Shown here one piece after another: positions 46,514 to 55,774 of a DNA stretch of 64,000 bases. A program made the translations under genes and the position numbers. Origin of the DNA: an uncultured delta proteobacterium (GTDB taxonomy: Bacteria > Myxococcota_A > Polyangia > Polyangiales > Houyiibacteriaceae); assembly GCA_963712235.1 (NCBI GenBank), contig CAVQHC010000017.1, positions 142,348 through 206,347 on the forward strand, given 5' to 3'. Within the stretch, counting starts at the first letter, position 1; each line of letters opens with the position of its first letter. The notes beneath the pieces were generated by a model. The model was given only the letters and a program-made list of their open reading frames with translations. It had not been told where the DNA came from and did not search any database.

Positions 46514-47391
46514 CAGCTCACCGTGACGCCGCCCGCTGAGGGCTGGCTCTGCTTAGAGCTCTTGGAGATCAGGACACCCGCGGTGACCCCGCCCGCGACC
46601 ACAACGGCAGCGGCGGCCACGATCCAGGGCCACTTCTTTTTCTTCTTCGCGCTGGGCTCATCGACGGGGCCCCTGTACTCGGGCATCTGAAAGACGCTTG
46701 GCGATTGCGCTGGCACCGGGGTTGGCAGCGGCGGCGGGGGTGGCTCCGCTGCCACCGGAAGCGGCTTCAGAAGCGTGCCCTCGATGCTTGCGCTGAACAA
46801 CACGGTACCCCGCCTGGTCTCGGCCTTGGCGTCGCAGCCTTGGTGTTCGCCCGAATTGGGAAGCGCAAGTTTCGCCCTGGTTCCCTGGGCGGTGCGGGCC
46901 ATGAGTCTGCCGTCCGGCTGGACTCTGCACTGCAAAGCGACACGGTAAACGAGATCCGTCGGAACCCGTTCGACGCGGGCCACGACGAATGGCTTCCCGT
47001 CCAATGCTTTCTCTTCCACCAGGAGCTCGACACCCAGTGTTCCGCCGTTTGCCGCGAGCATATCGTCGAACGCTTCGCGCACCGGGGGGGGCGCGAGCCC
47101 GCTGAGCTCATGGCCCGGGCGAAGCGCGCCGACGCGCTCCAGGTCCCGGAGCATCGCCGTCTTGTTGCCCATCGCGTGATGAACCAGTGCTCTCATTTCA
47201 AAGAGCAGGAGAAGCTCCTCCACCGAGAGGTCCGCGTCCCTGGCGGCGAGGTTGAAAGTACGAAGCGCCGCCTGGAAGTCGGCGTCCTCATAGGACGCGA
47301 TCGCGTCGTCTAAGAGGTAGTGGGCCTTTGCCTCGTTCGAAAGAAGGCAAAGAACGACCAAAAGCCCCATGATTCCGAGTTTTGTAGACAT
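46510..47391 (-). CDS. hypothetical signal-peptide protein with C-terminal membrane anchor
   Basis: N-terminal signal MSTKLGIMGLLVVLCLLSNEAKA. A Pro-rich linker, a KKKKK stretch and a TM helix (WPWIVAAAAVVVAGGVTAGVLI) follow. The stop overlaps the start of the downstream TSP3 gene by 4 nt. Confidence 0.45.
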   Translation of the reverse strand: MSTKLGIMGLLVVLCLLSNEAKAHYLLDDAIASYEDADFQAALRTFNLAARDADLSVEELLLLFEMRALVHHAMGNKTAMLRDLERVGALRPGHELSGLAPPPVREAFDDMLAANGGTLGVELLVEEKALDGKPFVVARVERVPTDLVYRVALQCRVQPDGRLMARTAQGTRAKLALPNSGEHQGCDAKAETRRGTVLFSASIEGTLLKPLPVAAEPPPPPLPTPVPAQSPSVFQMPEYRGPVDEPSAKKKKKWPWIVAAAAVVVAGGVTAGVLISKSSKQSQPSAGGVTVSW

Positions 47392-47439
47392 ATGACCTGG
47401 TCCAGATAAGTTAGCAAAAGTGCAGTATCAATCAAAACT

Positions 47440-47470
47440 TTTACTAATAACGGCTGAGCTGCGCTATAAA
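47440..47470 (+). promoter_or_regulatory. possible sigma-70-like promoter in an AT-rich divergent intergenic region
   Basis: TTTACT (47440-47445), a 19-nt spacer, then TATAAA (47465-47470). It sits in the only strongly AT-rich stretch of this region, 14 nt before the GTG at 47484. The spacing is suboptimal, so support is weak. Confidence 0.2.
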
Positions 47471-47483
47471 AGAGTGGGGAATC

Positions 47484-49163
47484 GTGAGCTTGAGCACTAA
47501 AGAAGCGGAGGCCGGGGAGGGACGGGAATCAGCTCCCCCGGGACCGATGGCAGAGACCATCCCGCCGGAGCTGGCGACGCCGGGGCGGATCGGCCGCTAT
47601 GAGCTCCGCTTTGAGCTCGCGTCGGGCGGCATGGGCTCGGTCTACCTTGCGAGGCTCGATGGGACGGCAGGATTCGAGAAGCTGGTCGCGCTCAAACGGA
47701 TCCACCCTCACCTTGCAAAGGAAGCCGACTGCATCGAGATGTTTCTCGACGAGGCGAAGATAGCCTCGCGCATCACGCATCCGAACGTGTGCAGCGTCTT
47801 CGACTTCGGCCAAGCAGACGGTGAGTACTACATCGCGATGGAGTATCTCGTCGGCGAGCCCTTGGCACGCCTCTTTACGCAGGTCGCCAAGCTCCCAGAG
47901 CAGCGCCGGAGCCCGCTGCTGCCCCTGCGAATGGCTCGGATCATTGCGGACGCTTGCGAGGGGCTGCACGCGGCGCACGAGCTCAAGGATGCCAGTGGGG
48001 ATCTGCTCAACGTCGTGCACCGCGACGTCTCTCCACGAAACCTGTTCATCACATACGACGGAGCAGTGCAGCTGGTCGATTTCGGAGTGGCCAGTGCGCG
48101 GGAGCGCTTACACAAGACGTCCACGGGGGATGTAAAGGGGACCATCGCATATATGGCGCCAGAGCAACTCAAGGCGGGCAGCATCGACCGAAGGATCGAT
48201 ATCTGGGCCCTGGGCGCCGCGCTTTGGGAGGCGCTGGCCGTCAAACGGCTATTCAAACGTGACACGACGGCGAATACGATGTTCGCGTTGCTCTACGAAG
48301 AGATCGACCCGCCGTCGAAGTACCGTCCCCAGGTCCCCAAGGAGCTCGATGAGATCGCATTGAAAGCGCTTGCACGTGACCCGAACGGACGCTGGCAATC
48401 CGCGCGGGAGATGGGACAGGCGCTGCGGCGTTTCTTGAGCAGGCACGAAGAGCTGATCGGCCCGGCGGAGCTCTCCCAGTGGATGAGCGAGCTCTTTCCC
48501 CAGGGGGAGGCGCGTAAGAATCAGCTCATGGAGCTCGCGCGGATGCAACGTGCTCCGGTGCTATCGATCCCAGTGGCCGACGAGTTCGACATGACCCAGG
48601 CCCCAACTCTCGCAGGGACTGCTCCGCTAGACCGCAGAGGTGGACGGTCGCGAACCATGGTCATCGCGCTGGTCGCTGGCCTCGTCGCCATCGGCGGCAC
48701 CGTTGCCGCCGCGCTGTACTCCGGGCATTCGAGAGAGAATGACGAACCGTCGGCAGCCATCATCGCGGAAGCCTCGCCCGTGAAAGCGGTGCCTGCGCCT
48801 GAGGCCCTGCCCGCACCCGAGCCGGAGGTCGCAGCGGTCGCGCCCGAACCGGTCGATGAGATCCCCGCTGCACTACCGCCCGTGGAGTCCAAGGTCAAAG
48901 CCGCGGCACCTGCCCGCAGGCGCCGTGCGCGTTCAAAACCGCAGCCGAGCGGCAAGCCTGGCACCGTCAACCTCGTCACGCGCGGGGGCTGGGCCGAGGT
49001 ATTCAAGGACGGTAAGTCCTTGGGGAGCACGCCGAGACGACTGACCCTTCCTGCCGGACGTCACAAGCTGGTGCTGAAGCGCTCGGGGAACGGGCCCCCG
49101 AAACGGATCTTCGTCGACGTCAAAGCAGACACGACGAAGCAAGTCTCGATCGACCTCAAGTGA
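47484..49163 (+). CDS. Ser/Thr protein kinase with TM segment and C-terminal PEGA domain
   Basis: Kinase motifs LASGGMGSVYLARL, VALKRI, HRDVSPRNLFI, DFGVA and GTIAYMAPE. The C-terminus GTVNLVTRGGWAEVFKDGKSLGSTPRRLTLPAGRHKLVLKR is PEGA-like. Confidence 0.9.
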   Translation: MSLSTKEAEAGEGRESAPPGPMAETIPPELATPGRIGRYELRFELASGGMGSVYLARLDGTAGFEKLVALKRIHPHLAKEADCIEMFLDEAKIASRITHPNVCSVFDFGQADGEYYIAMEYLVGEPLARLFTQVAKLPEQRRSPLLPLRMARIIADACEGLHAAHELKDASGDLLNVVHRDVSPRNLFITYDGAVQLVDFGVASARERLHKTSTGDVKGTIAYMAPEQLKAGSIDRRIDIWALGAALWEALAVKRLFKRDTTANTMFALLYEEIDPPSKYRPQVPKELDEIALKALARDPNGRWQSAREMGQALRRFLSRHEELIGPAELSQWMSELFPQGEARKNQLMELARMQRAPVLSIPVADEFDMTQAPTLAGTAPLDRRGGRSRTMVIALVAGLVAIGGTVAAALYSGHSRENDEPSAAIIAEASPVKAVPAPEALPAPEPEVAAVAPEPVDEIPAALPPVESKVKAAAPARRRRARSKPQPSGKPGTVNLVTRGGWAEVFKDGKSLGSTPRRLTLPAGRHKLVLKRSGNGPPKRIFVDVKADTTKQVSIDLK

Positions 49164-49199
49164 GGGGACGGGACACGGTAGACTCGGACCCGGCGAAAA

Positions 49200-50636
49200 T
49201 CAGGGCTTGAGCTTGATGGTCATGTCGATCAGGCGTTCCTGCTTGCCCGTGTACGGCGGATAGAACCAGTGCAGGAGCGAAAACCACGGGTTTGTGAAGA
49301 CGGGGCGCATTTTGCTGAACTCCACGAAGCCCTCGTAGCCGTGGTAGTGGCCGATGCCGCTCGCGCCGACGCCACCAAACGGTAGGTCGTGTTGGGCGAC
49401 GTGGATGATGCAGTTGTTGATGGTGACGCCACCTGAAATCGTGCTGTAGAGGAGCTTGTGCTTCCGCGCGCGATCGTTGGTGAACACATAGAATCCGAGC
49501 GGCCGGTCTCGATGGGTCACGTACTCGATGGTCTCGTCCAGATCCTTGTACGTCATCACCGGGAAAAGAGGCCCGAAGATCTCTTCCTTCATGATCATCA
49601 TATCCTCGGTCACGTTGAGCACGAGGTACGGCGGGAACTTGCGGAGCACATCGTTGAACGACGCATTGGGGACCAGCGGGACGAGCTTTGCCCCCTTTGC
49701 CTCGGCATCTTCGAGCGTCATGCGCAAACGCCGATAGGCCTTGTCATCGATGACCGAGGTGTAGCTGTCGTCGTTCGTATCCGGATAGCGCTCCGCGACG
49801 AGGCGTTGTGCTGTAGAAACGAATCGATCCTCGGTGCCCTCCGGCAGGAAGAGGTAGTCGGGCGCCAAGCAGGTCTGGCCAGCGTTGACGAGCTTCGCGT
49901 ACATGATTCGCGAGGCTGCCTCGTCGATGTCGAAATCGTCACAGACGATCGTCGGCGACTTGCCGCCGAGCTCGAGCGTGACCGGCGTCAGATTCTCGGC
50001 GGCCGATTGCATGACCGTACGACCCACGTCCGCGGAGCCCGTGAAGATGATGTGGTCGTACGGCAGCGTGGAGAAGTCCTGAGCGCGAACGCCCGGCAGA
50101 ATCGCGATGACCTCTTCTGGAAACACCTCGCCAAACTTGTCGGCGAGCAGGCGGCAAAGGTGCTGCGAGTTGCTTGCCATCTTGATCATCGCCCGGTTGC
50201 CGGCGGCCAAGACGCTGACGAGAGGACTCAAGGTGAGGAACAGCGGGTAGTTCCAAGGCGAGACGATCCCCACGACGCCCTTGGGCTGTGGGATGAGTCG
50301 GTTGGAGCCGGTCGCAAAGAGCCACGAAATAGGCCGGCGCTGCGGCTTCATCCATTTGCGAAGCTTCTTCCGCGTGTGACGCAGCCCGTCGATGACGGGA
50401 AAGATCTCGAGGATCTTCGACTCTTCGGCACAGCGGTGCCCAAAGTCCTGGGAAATCGCCTCGACGATCGCGTCGGTGTTTTCCAGCAGGATTCGCTCGA
50501 GCGCGTCCAGGCGCGCCTTTCGTTCCTGGAGACTCGGGTATGGGTCGCGCAAGTACGCTTCGCGTTGGAGTTTGTAGACGCGCTGCGCCTCGTTTTCGAT
50601 GGACTGGATCGAGCGGATTTGAGCGGTTTGGGCCAT
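49200..50636 (-). CDS. aldehyde dehydrogenase (class-3 / coniferyl-aldehyde-dehydrogenase-like)
   Basis: Contains VSPWNYP, ELGGKSP and the catalytic Cys in NAGQTCLAPDY, plus EEIFGPLFPV. Confidence 0.9.
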   Translation of the reverse strand: MAQTAQIRSIQSIENEAQRVYKLQREAYLRDPYPSLQERKARLDALERILLENTDAIVEAISQDFGHRCAEESKILEIFPVIDGLRHTRKKLRKWMKPQRRPISWLFATGSNRLIPQPKGVVGIVSPWNYPLFLTLSPLVSVLAAGNRAMIKMASNSQHLCRLLADKFGEVFPEEVIAILPGVRAQDFSTLPYDHIIFTGSADVGRTVMQSAAENLTPVTLELGGKSPTIVCDDFDIDEAASRIMYAKLVNAGQTCLAPDYLFLPEGTEDRFVSTAQRLVAERYPDTNDDSYTSVIDDKAYRRLRMTLEDAEAKGAKLVPLVPNASFNDVLRKFPPYLVLNVTEDMMIMKEEIFGPLFPVMTYKDLDETIEYVTHRDRPLGFYVFTNDRARKHKLLYSTISGGVTINNCIIHVAQHDLPFGGVGASGIGHYHGYEGFVEFSKMRPVFTNPWFSLLHWFYPPYTGKQERLIDMTIKLKP

Positions 50637-50701
50637 AGCCGACTAGTTGTAGCGTTACCCTACGGTCGACCGCAAGCCCCACCCTCGGGGACTCGATCGG
50701 G

Positions 50702-52603
50702 TCACCCGTCAGCGACTTTGGACTCGAGCTCCATCCAGCGCGTCATCATTTGGTCGATCTGCGCTTGGAGCTTGCCCTGGCGCGCCACGATCGCCGGGAC
50801 TTCTTCAGCGCGATCGGCGTATAGCGCCGGGTCGTTCAGGAGGGCTTCGACCTCCCCGGCCTCCGTTTCGGCTCGTTCGATCTCACCCGGGAGCCGCTGG
50901 AGCTCCTGCTTTTCCTTGTATGAGAGCTTGATGCCTTTGCCGGTCGAAACGCTTTTGGGCTTGGGGCCAGCCTTGTCGGCGCTTCGCTTACGCTCTGCCC
51001 GACCTGCCGCGCGCTGATCCCGATAGTCGCTGTAGTTCCCCGCATAGGCGATGACCCGGCCGTCTCCTTCGAAGGCGAGAATCTTCGTGGCGACGCGGTC
51101 GAGGAAATACCGATCGTGGCTGACGATGAGCGCGGTTGAATCGGAGGCCACCAGCATTTCTTCGAGCGCCGCGAGCGTGGCCACATCGAGGTCGTTCGTA
51201 GGTTCGTCGAGGACGAGTACGTTGGCCGGCGCGAGCAACAACTTTGCCAAGGCGACGCGCGCTCGCTCACCTCCGGACAGCGAGGACACCTTGTCCCGCG
51301 TGCGATGTGGCGCGAAGAGGAAGCGCTTCAGATAGCTCCGGATGTCGATCGAGCGGCCTTGGAAAGTCACTTGCGGCCTGTCGGGCGCAACGTTCTGCTG
51401 AACGGATTCATCTTCGATGAGACCGCTTCTGCCCTGGTCGAAGTAGGCGAGCTTCGTATTCGCTCCAATGACGACGCGTCCCTGCGTAGGTTCGAGCTCG
51501 CCTAGGAGGACGCGCAGCAAGGTGGTCTTACCGGCGCCGTTCGGACCGACAATCCCGAGACGATCCCCGCGCGACAAGATCAGGTCCAGGGAGTGGACGA
51601 GCTCGAGCTCGCCGAGCTGCACCCCGAGGCCGTGCGCTTCGAGCACGGTTCCGCCGAGCCGTTTGTTCTGCGCCGCGAATCTTGCGACCTGCTCGGCCTT
51701 GGGACCGGTGGCATCGCGAAGCGCCTCGGCACGACCGACGCGCGCTTTCGACTTGCTGGTTCGGGCCTTGGGAGACCGGCGGAGCCATTCGAGCTCGGTG
51801 CGGAGGAGGTTCTGACGGTTTGCCTCGGCGCGATCGGCATGGGCCAATCTGTCTGCTTTGGCCTCCAAATACGCGTGCCACCCGCCGTCGTAGCTGTACA
51901 CCTTGCCTTGATCGATTTCGAGGGTTCGGTTGACCACTCGATCGAGGACGTAGCGGTCATGCGTGATCAGAACGAGCGCACCGCGGTATTGTTCGCGCAG
52001 GTAGGTCTCGAGCCATTCGATGGTGTCGGCGTCGAGGTGGTTGGTCGGCTCATCGAGAATCGCCAAGCTGGGCTCCTCGACCAGGAGCCGCGCGAGCGCA
52101 ACGCGTCGCCGCTCGCCGCCGCTCATCTCATCGACGCTCCGATTCATTTCAACGAGGCCGAGTTGCTGGAGGAGCACATCGACGCGAAGGCTGTTTTCCC
52201 AGCCGCCAAGACGTTCGACTTCCTGGGCAGCGGCCGCCTGTGGCTCCGTGTACGCTTCCCATCCCGGTTCTTGCGCGGCGATCAGCCGGCTGAGCTCCTC
52301 GTGTCTCTCGAAGGCCTCGGCCCAGGCACCGAGCCCGTCGAGGACGACGTCCCTCGCATTGCGGCCGCCAGGCAGGTCGGGTTCTTGCGATAAATAGCGA
52401 ATGGTCGCTTCGCGGCGGCGGGCGACACGCCCCGCGTCAGCCTGCTCTTCACCGACCAAGATGCGCGCCAAAGTCGACTTGCCCGAGCCGTTGTTCCCGA
52501 CGAGCCCAACTCGCTCCCCTTCGTGAACCGAAAGGCCGACGCCATCGAGAAGTCGGGTCTCGCCGTAGGCCTTGCAAAGGCCTTCAGCCACCAAGATAGG
52601 CAT
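50702..52603 (-). CDS. ABC-F family ATPase (Uup-like), two ABC domains
   Basis: Two Walker A motifs (GNNGSGKST; GPNGAGKTT), two LSGGE signatures and a C-terminal coiled coil. The ATG at 52603 (MPILVAEGL...) is preferred over the ORF-track start at 52774. Confidence 0.9.
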   Translation of the reverse strand: MPILVAEGLCKAYGETRLLDGVGLSVHEGERVGLVGNNGSGKSTLARILVGEEQADAGRVARRREATIRYLSQEPDLPGGRNARDVVLDGLGAWAEAFERHEELSRLIAAQEPGWEAYTEPQAAAAQEVERLGGWENSLRVDVLLQQLGLVEMNRSVDEMSGGERRRVALARLLVEEPSLAILDEPTNHLDADTIEWLETYLREQYRGALVLITHDRYVLDRVVNRTLEIDQGKVYSYDGGWHAYLEAKADRLAHADRAEANRQNLLRTELEWLRRSPKARTSKSKARVGRAEALRDATGPKAEQVARFAAQNKRLGGTVLEAHGLGVQLGELELVHSLDLILSRGDRLGIVGPNGAGKTTLLRVLLGELEPTQGRVVIGANTKLAYFDQGRSGLIEDESVQQNVAPDRPQVTFQGRSIDIRSYLKRFLFAPHRTRDKVSSLSGGERARVALAKLLLAPANVLVLDEPTNDLDVATLAALEEMLVASDSTALIVSHDRYFLDRVATKILAFEGDGRVIAYAGNYSDYRDQRAAGRAERKRSADKAGPKPKSVSTGKGIKLSYKEKQELQRLPGEIERAETEAGEVEALLNDPALYADRAEEVPAIVARQGKLQAQIDQMMTRWMELESKVADG

Positions 52604-52616
52604 GTGCTTCGGTTCC

Positions 52617-53699
52617 TCAGGGGTTTGTGAATAGGTCGTCGCCGAAGCTCGCGGAGACGGGGACGCACCATACGCTGATGCCGTCGAGATCGTCGAATGT
52701 CCGGTTCTCTGGAAGTTGGGCGTAGACTGATTCCGAGCCATCGTAGCCGCCGGCGCGGCGCAAATCCTCTTCACTCATCGAAAAGCCACCGGTGTAGTCA
52801 CCAGCGAGGCCGCCGTAAAAACGGACATCGATGCCGGTACCATCGTAGACGAAATCGTCCACACGCACTGTGCAGTCGTCGACGATCACCGCTGTGCCCG
52901 AGACCTGGTGAGCGAAGGTTCGAAGCTCCGCGACCTGTCCAATCTTGCTGTGGGTGGCGTCGCATGGACGCAGCCCGCTGGTCCCACCCCCGCCTCCGGT
53001 GCCGCCCGTCCCCCCTTCGTTTGCAAGTACGAATGCGACGAGGTCGACGAGCTCTTCATCGCTGAGCCGATCTTCGGCCCAAAAGGGCATCCGGCCGCCC
53101 GTGAGTCCTTCGTAGACGGCACTGTTGCTGGCACCGCTGGTTCTCACGCGACGCCCAATCGTCTCGGCGTCTAGAAGTGAGCCGCGAAGGGCGAGCGCAC
53201 GTTCGGTTCCGCTGGCGTCGACGCCGTGGCAGACGACGCAAGATGCGTTGAACAAGTCTTGGCCCGCCATTTCGTCGCCGCCGCCGAGCTCCGTCGGCGG
53301 GCTGACGATTTGATAACTCAGCGGAGGCGCGGGCGAGCTCCCGGCCGCATCCGTCAGGTATTCCGACAGGGCGAGCCACCGTGGGTCCGAGTCGCTGAAT
53401 GCCGGAGCCGCCATCCATTCCACGCGACAGCTATTGACGGCATCGAGCAGCGCATCGAGCTGGCCGTTTTTGAATGACGGTCGATTCGCCGCGTCCCCGA
53501 TAGGGTGGCCGGGGCGCCGAATCCCGTCTGGGGTGGGCTCCTCGAGCGCGTGGCAGCTTGCGCAGGCGAAGGTGTTTCCGTCGCTGTGCGGCTCGAGGTA
53601 GAGCGCCTCGCCTGACACTGGGGAGTCGGTTCCGGAATCGCTGCAGCCCAGGATCCCGGTCGCCACCATCAAGAACAGTGGTAAACCAAAGCGTTTCAT
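52617..53699 (-). CDS. lipoprotein: diheme c-type cytochrome fused to a DM13-like domain
   Basis: Signal MKRFGLPLFLMVATGILGC (ATG 53699). Two CxxCH motifs (CASCH, CVVCH). The C-terminus ...FAHQVSGTAVIVDDCTVRVDDFVYDGTGIDVRFYGG...LDGISVWCVPVSASFGD resembles DM13. Confidence 0.7.
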   Translation of the reverse strand: MKRFGLPLFLMVATGILGCSDSGTDSPVSGEALYLEPHSDGNTFACASCHALEEPTPDGIRRPGHPIGDAANRPSFKNGQLDALLDAVNSCRVEWMAAPAFSDSDPRWLALSEYLTDAAGSSPAPPLSYQIVSPPTELGGGDEMAGQDLFNASCVVCHGVDASGTERALALRGSLLDAETIGRRVRTSGASNSAVYEGLTGGRMPFWAEDRLSDEELVDLVAFVLANEGGTGGTGGGGGTSGLRPCDATHSKIGQVAELRTFAHQVSGTAVIVDDCTVRVDDFVYDGTGIDVRFYGGLAGDYTGGFSMSEEDLRRAGGYDGSESVYAQLPENRTFDDLDGISVWCVPVSASFGDDLFTNP

Positions 53700-54057
53700 G
53701 AGGCGACCGTACCCACGATTTCGCACGATCGGCAAGGCCGCCCATCCGGCGAGTCCTCTGTTGACGAGGCGTATCATAGGCGAACGCCGGGGGTCGTGCC
53801 GACGCTTCCGGCTGCACAGCAGGGGGATACCCTCCTCGTCGGGTGTCCACTGATTCAGAGCCGGTTCCGTCAATGCCTTGAACCATGAAATTGGTTCGAT
53901 CTCGTACCGCAACCGCCCTGTTAATCTCTAGGCATAATCCACGTAGAATGGCCTATCGGATGCCAGGAGATTGAGCCGCCATTGTCCTTGAACATCGATC
54001 CCGGGACATCCTATGCTGCGGAGTCAAGACGAACATTGAACAGGAGTCTCATGTCTT

Positions 54058-55281
54058 ATGATCACTAACACGCTACACCTGACGCCACGCAATTTCGTTT
54101 CGCTCATGGTCCTGATCCTGCTGTCGGCCTGCTCGAGTAATGATGGCGATAACTCACTCACCGTTACCTCCTACAATATGGGGCTAGCACTGAATTTCGT
54201 TCCCTACACACAGGAGCGGCTGGTCGCCAATGAAACCCTCGTCCAGACTCTTGAAAGCGACGTAATCTGCTTTCAGGAAGTGTGGCTGGACGAGCAAGTC
54301 GACGCGATAATCAACGCCATCTCGGATGATTTTCCTTATGTCTATCTTGTTGACCCTGAGCAAATATTTTCAGAGACGGCAGCATGTACCAACGCCGAGG
54401 TCGCGGATCTCGCAGATTGTGCCAACACAGAGTGCCCCGGCCAGTCAGGCTCCGACCTGGTAGGCTGCGTGACCGCAAGCTGCGGCTCCTTCTTCGCCGC
54501 CCTCAGCGCAACATGCTTTGATGCTATCATCGGCAGTGTCGGTATTCCGAATATCACTGTTGAAGCGCTGGTGGCGGCGGTCACCCAGCCTGCCGGAAAA
54601 TTTGCCTTTGACGGCTCGCTCGGGCTGATCCTCGCTTCACGTTACGAATTAAGGAATACGGAGTTCCAGGACTTCATCGATAACTCCACTGGTAACCATC
54701 GTGGCGCCCTCTATGCAGAAATTGAGGTCAATCAACAAACACAGGTTCTGGGCTGCACACACCCTACGGCCAACCTGTCAGCGACTATTGATTACCCAAG
54801 CTCGGGGAATTTCGACTCCTGGGAGGCTGAGAACCGCTTCATGCAGGAACAGATGATCGCCTTTGTTGACAACAAGGCCGGCGACAATCCGATCTACTTC
54901 GCAGGTGACTTCAATTGCAGTATTGGCAATGCCAGCAACGGAGTCGATGAGGATTTTCCCGACAACTGCCAGTTGTGGTTGGATGACGGTTTCGCAGACC
55001 CCGTTGCCGAACAACTAGGCTGCTCTTTCTGTTCGGAAGAAAACCTGGTCCTCAACCCGCAACAGGTTGCCGGCGGCGGCGGCGGAGAAGGCAATACCCT
55101 CCTCGACCACATTTTCGTGAAGAATGTCGAGAATGCGAGCGCGATAACTGCCGAACGCGTTTTTGATGAGCCGTTGGAGATCGAGGCGCTTGACCCTCCA
55201 CAGGAGTTGCCCGTCGAGGAGTCGCCGTTGCTGACTCACCCCTCCGATCACTTTGGGGTACGGATAGCTGTTCCTCTATAG
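54058..55281 (+). CDS. endonuclease/exonuclease/phosphatase (EEP) family lipoprotein
   Basis: Signal plus lipobox LILLSAC. Contains LTVTSYNMG...DVICFQEVW and a C-terminal PSDHFGV. The gene is about 50-53% GC in lines I counted, well below its neighbours. Confidence 0.75.
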   Translation: MITNTLHLTPRNFVSLMVLILLSACSSNDGDNSLTVTSYNMGLALNFVPYTQERLVANETLVQTLESDVICFQEVWLDEQVDAIINAISDDFPYVYLVDPEQIFSETAACTNAEVADLADCANTECPGQSGSDLVGCVTASCGSFFAALSATCFDAIIGSVGIPNITVEALVAAVTQPAGKFAFDGSLGLILASRYELRNTEFQDFIDNSTGNHRGALYAEIEVNQQTQVLGCTHPTANLSATIDYPSSGNFDSWEAENRFMQEQMIAFVDNKAGDNPIYFAGDFNCSIGNASNGVDEDFPDNCQLWLDDGFADPVAEQLGCSFCSEENLVLNPQQVAGGGGGEGNTLLDHIFVKNVENASAITAERVFDEPLEIEALDPPQELPVEESPLLTHPSDHFGVRIAVPL

Positions 55282-55299
55282 GAAGGCTGCCCTAGCGCC

Positions 55300-55695
55300 T
55301 CAGGTGAAGATCCGAAGCGCAACGGCGATCTGAGCGCCGAAGCCGGCGAGATACGCGACGGTTCGAATTCCTGGCAGGCCGAAGGTGATCGCGGGGAAGT
55401 GAACGAGTCGTGCCCAGAAATAGACTTGGGTCGCGGCCAAGATGCCGGGCTCCTCGCCCTTGCCCATCGCGAAGGCCACGAGGACCAAGGTCGCGAAGAC
55501 GACGAGGTTCTCGACAGCGTTGTAGTGCCCGCGCTTCGCTCGACGCGCCCAAAGGGCCTGCCGGAGCTCGTCTTCGGGGTCGACTGGTTTCAAGGCTCCC
55601 AAAATGCCCAAGGACACCATGCGCTCCAAGACGTACGGAACCCAAAACAGGGCCGTCATCAGTGCCGAAGCTGCTAGCCATTCGAGTGCGCTCAT
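55300..55695 (-). CDS. MAPEG-family membrane protein (microsomal glutathione-S-transferase-like)
   Basis: 131 aa with four hydrophobic helices. The RAKRGHYNAVENLVVFA motif region is typical of MAPEG. Confidence 0.65.
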   Translation of the reverse strand: MSALEWLAASALMTALFWVPYVLERMVSLGILGALKPVDPEDELRQALWARRAKRGHYNAVENLVVFATLVLVAFAMGKGEEPGILAATQVYFWARLVHFPAITFGLPGIRTVAYLAGFGAQIAVALRIFT

Positions 55696-55774
55696 CGAAA
55701 CCTCCCGTTCAAAATGCCTGCGGCAGCGCCCACGCTATCCCAGCCGAGACCTGGGTGGCAAGGCTGCTCAGGCC

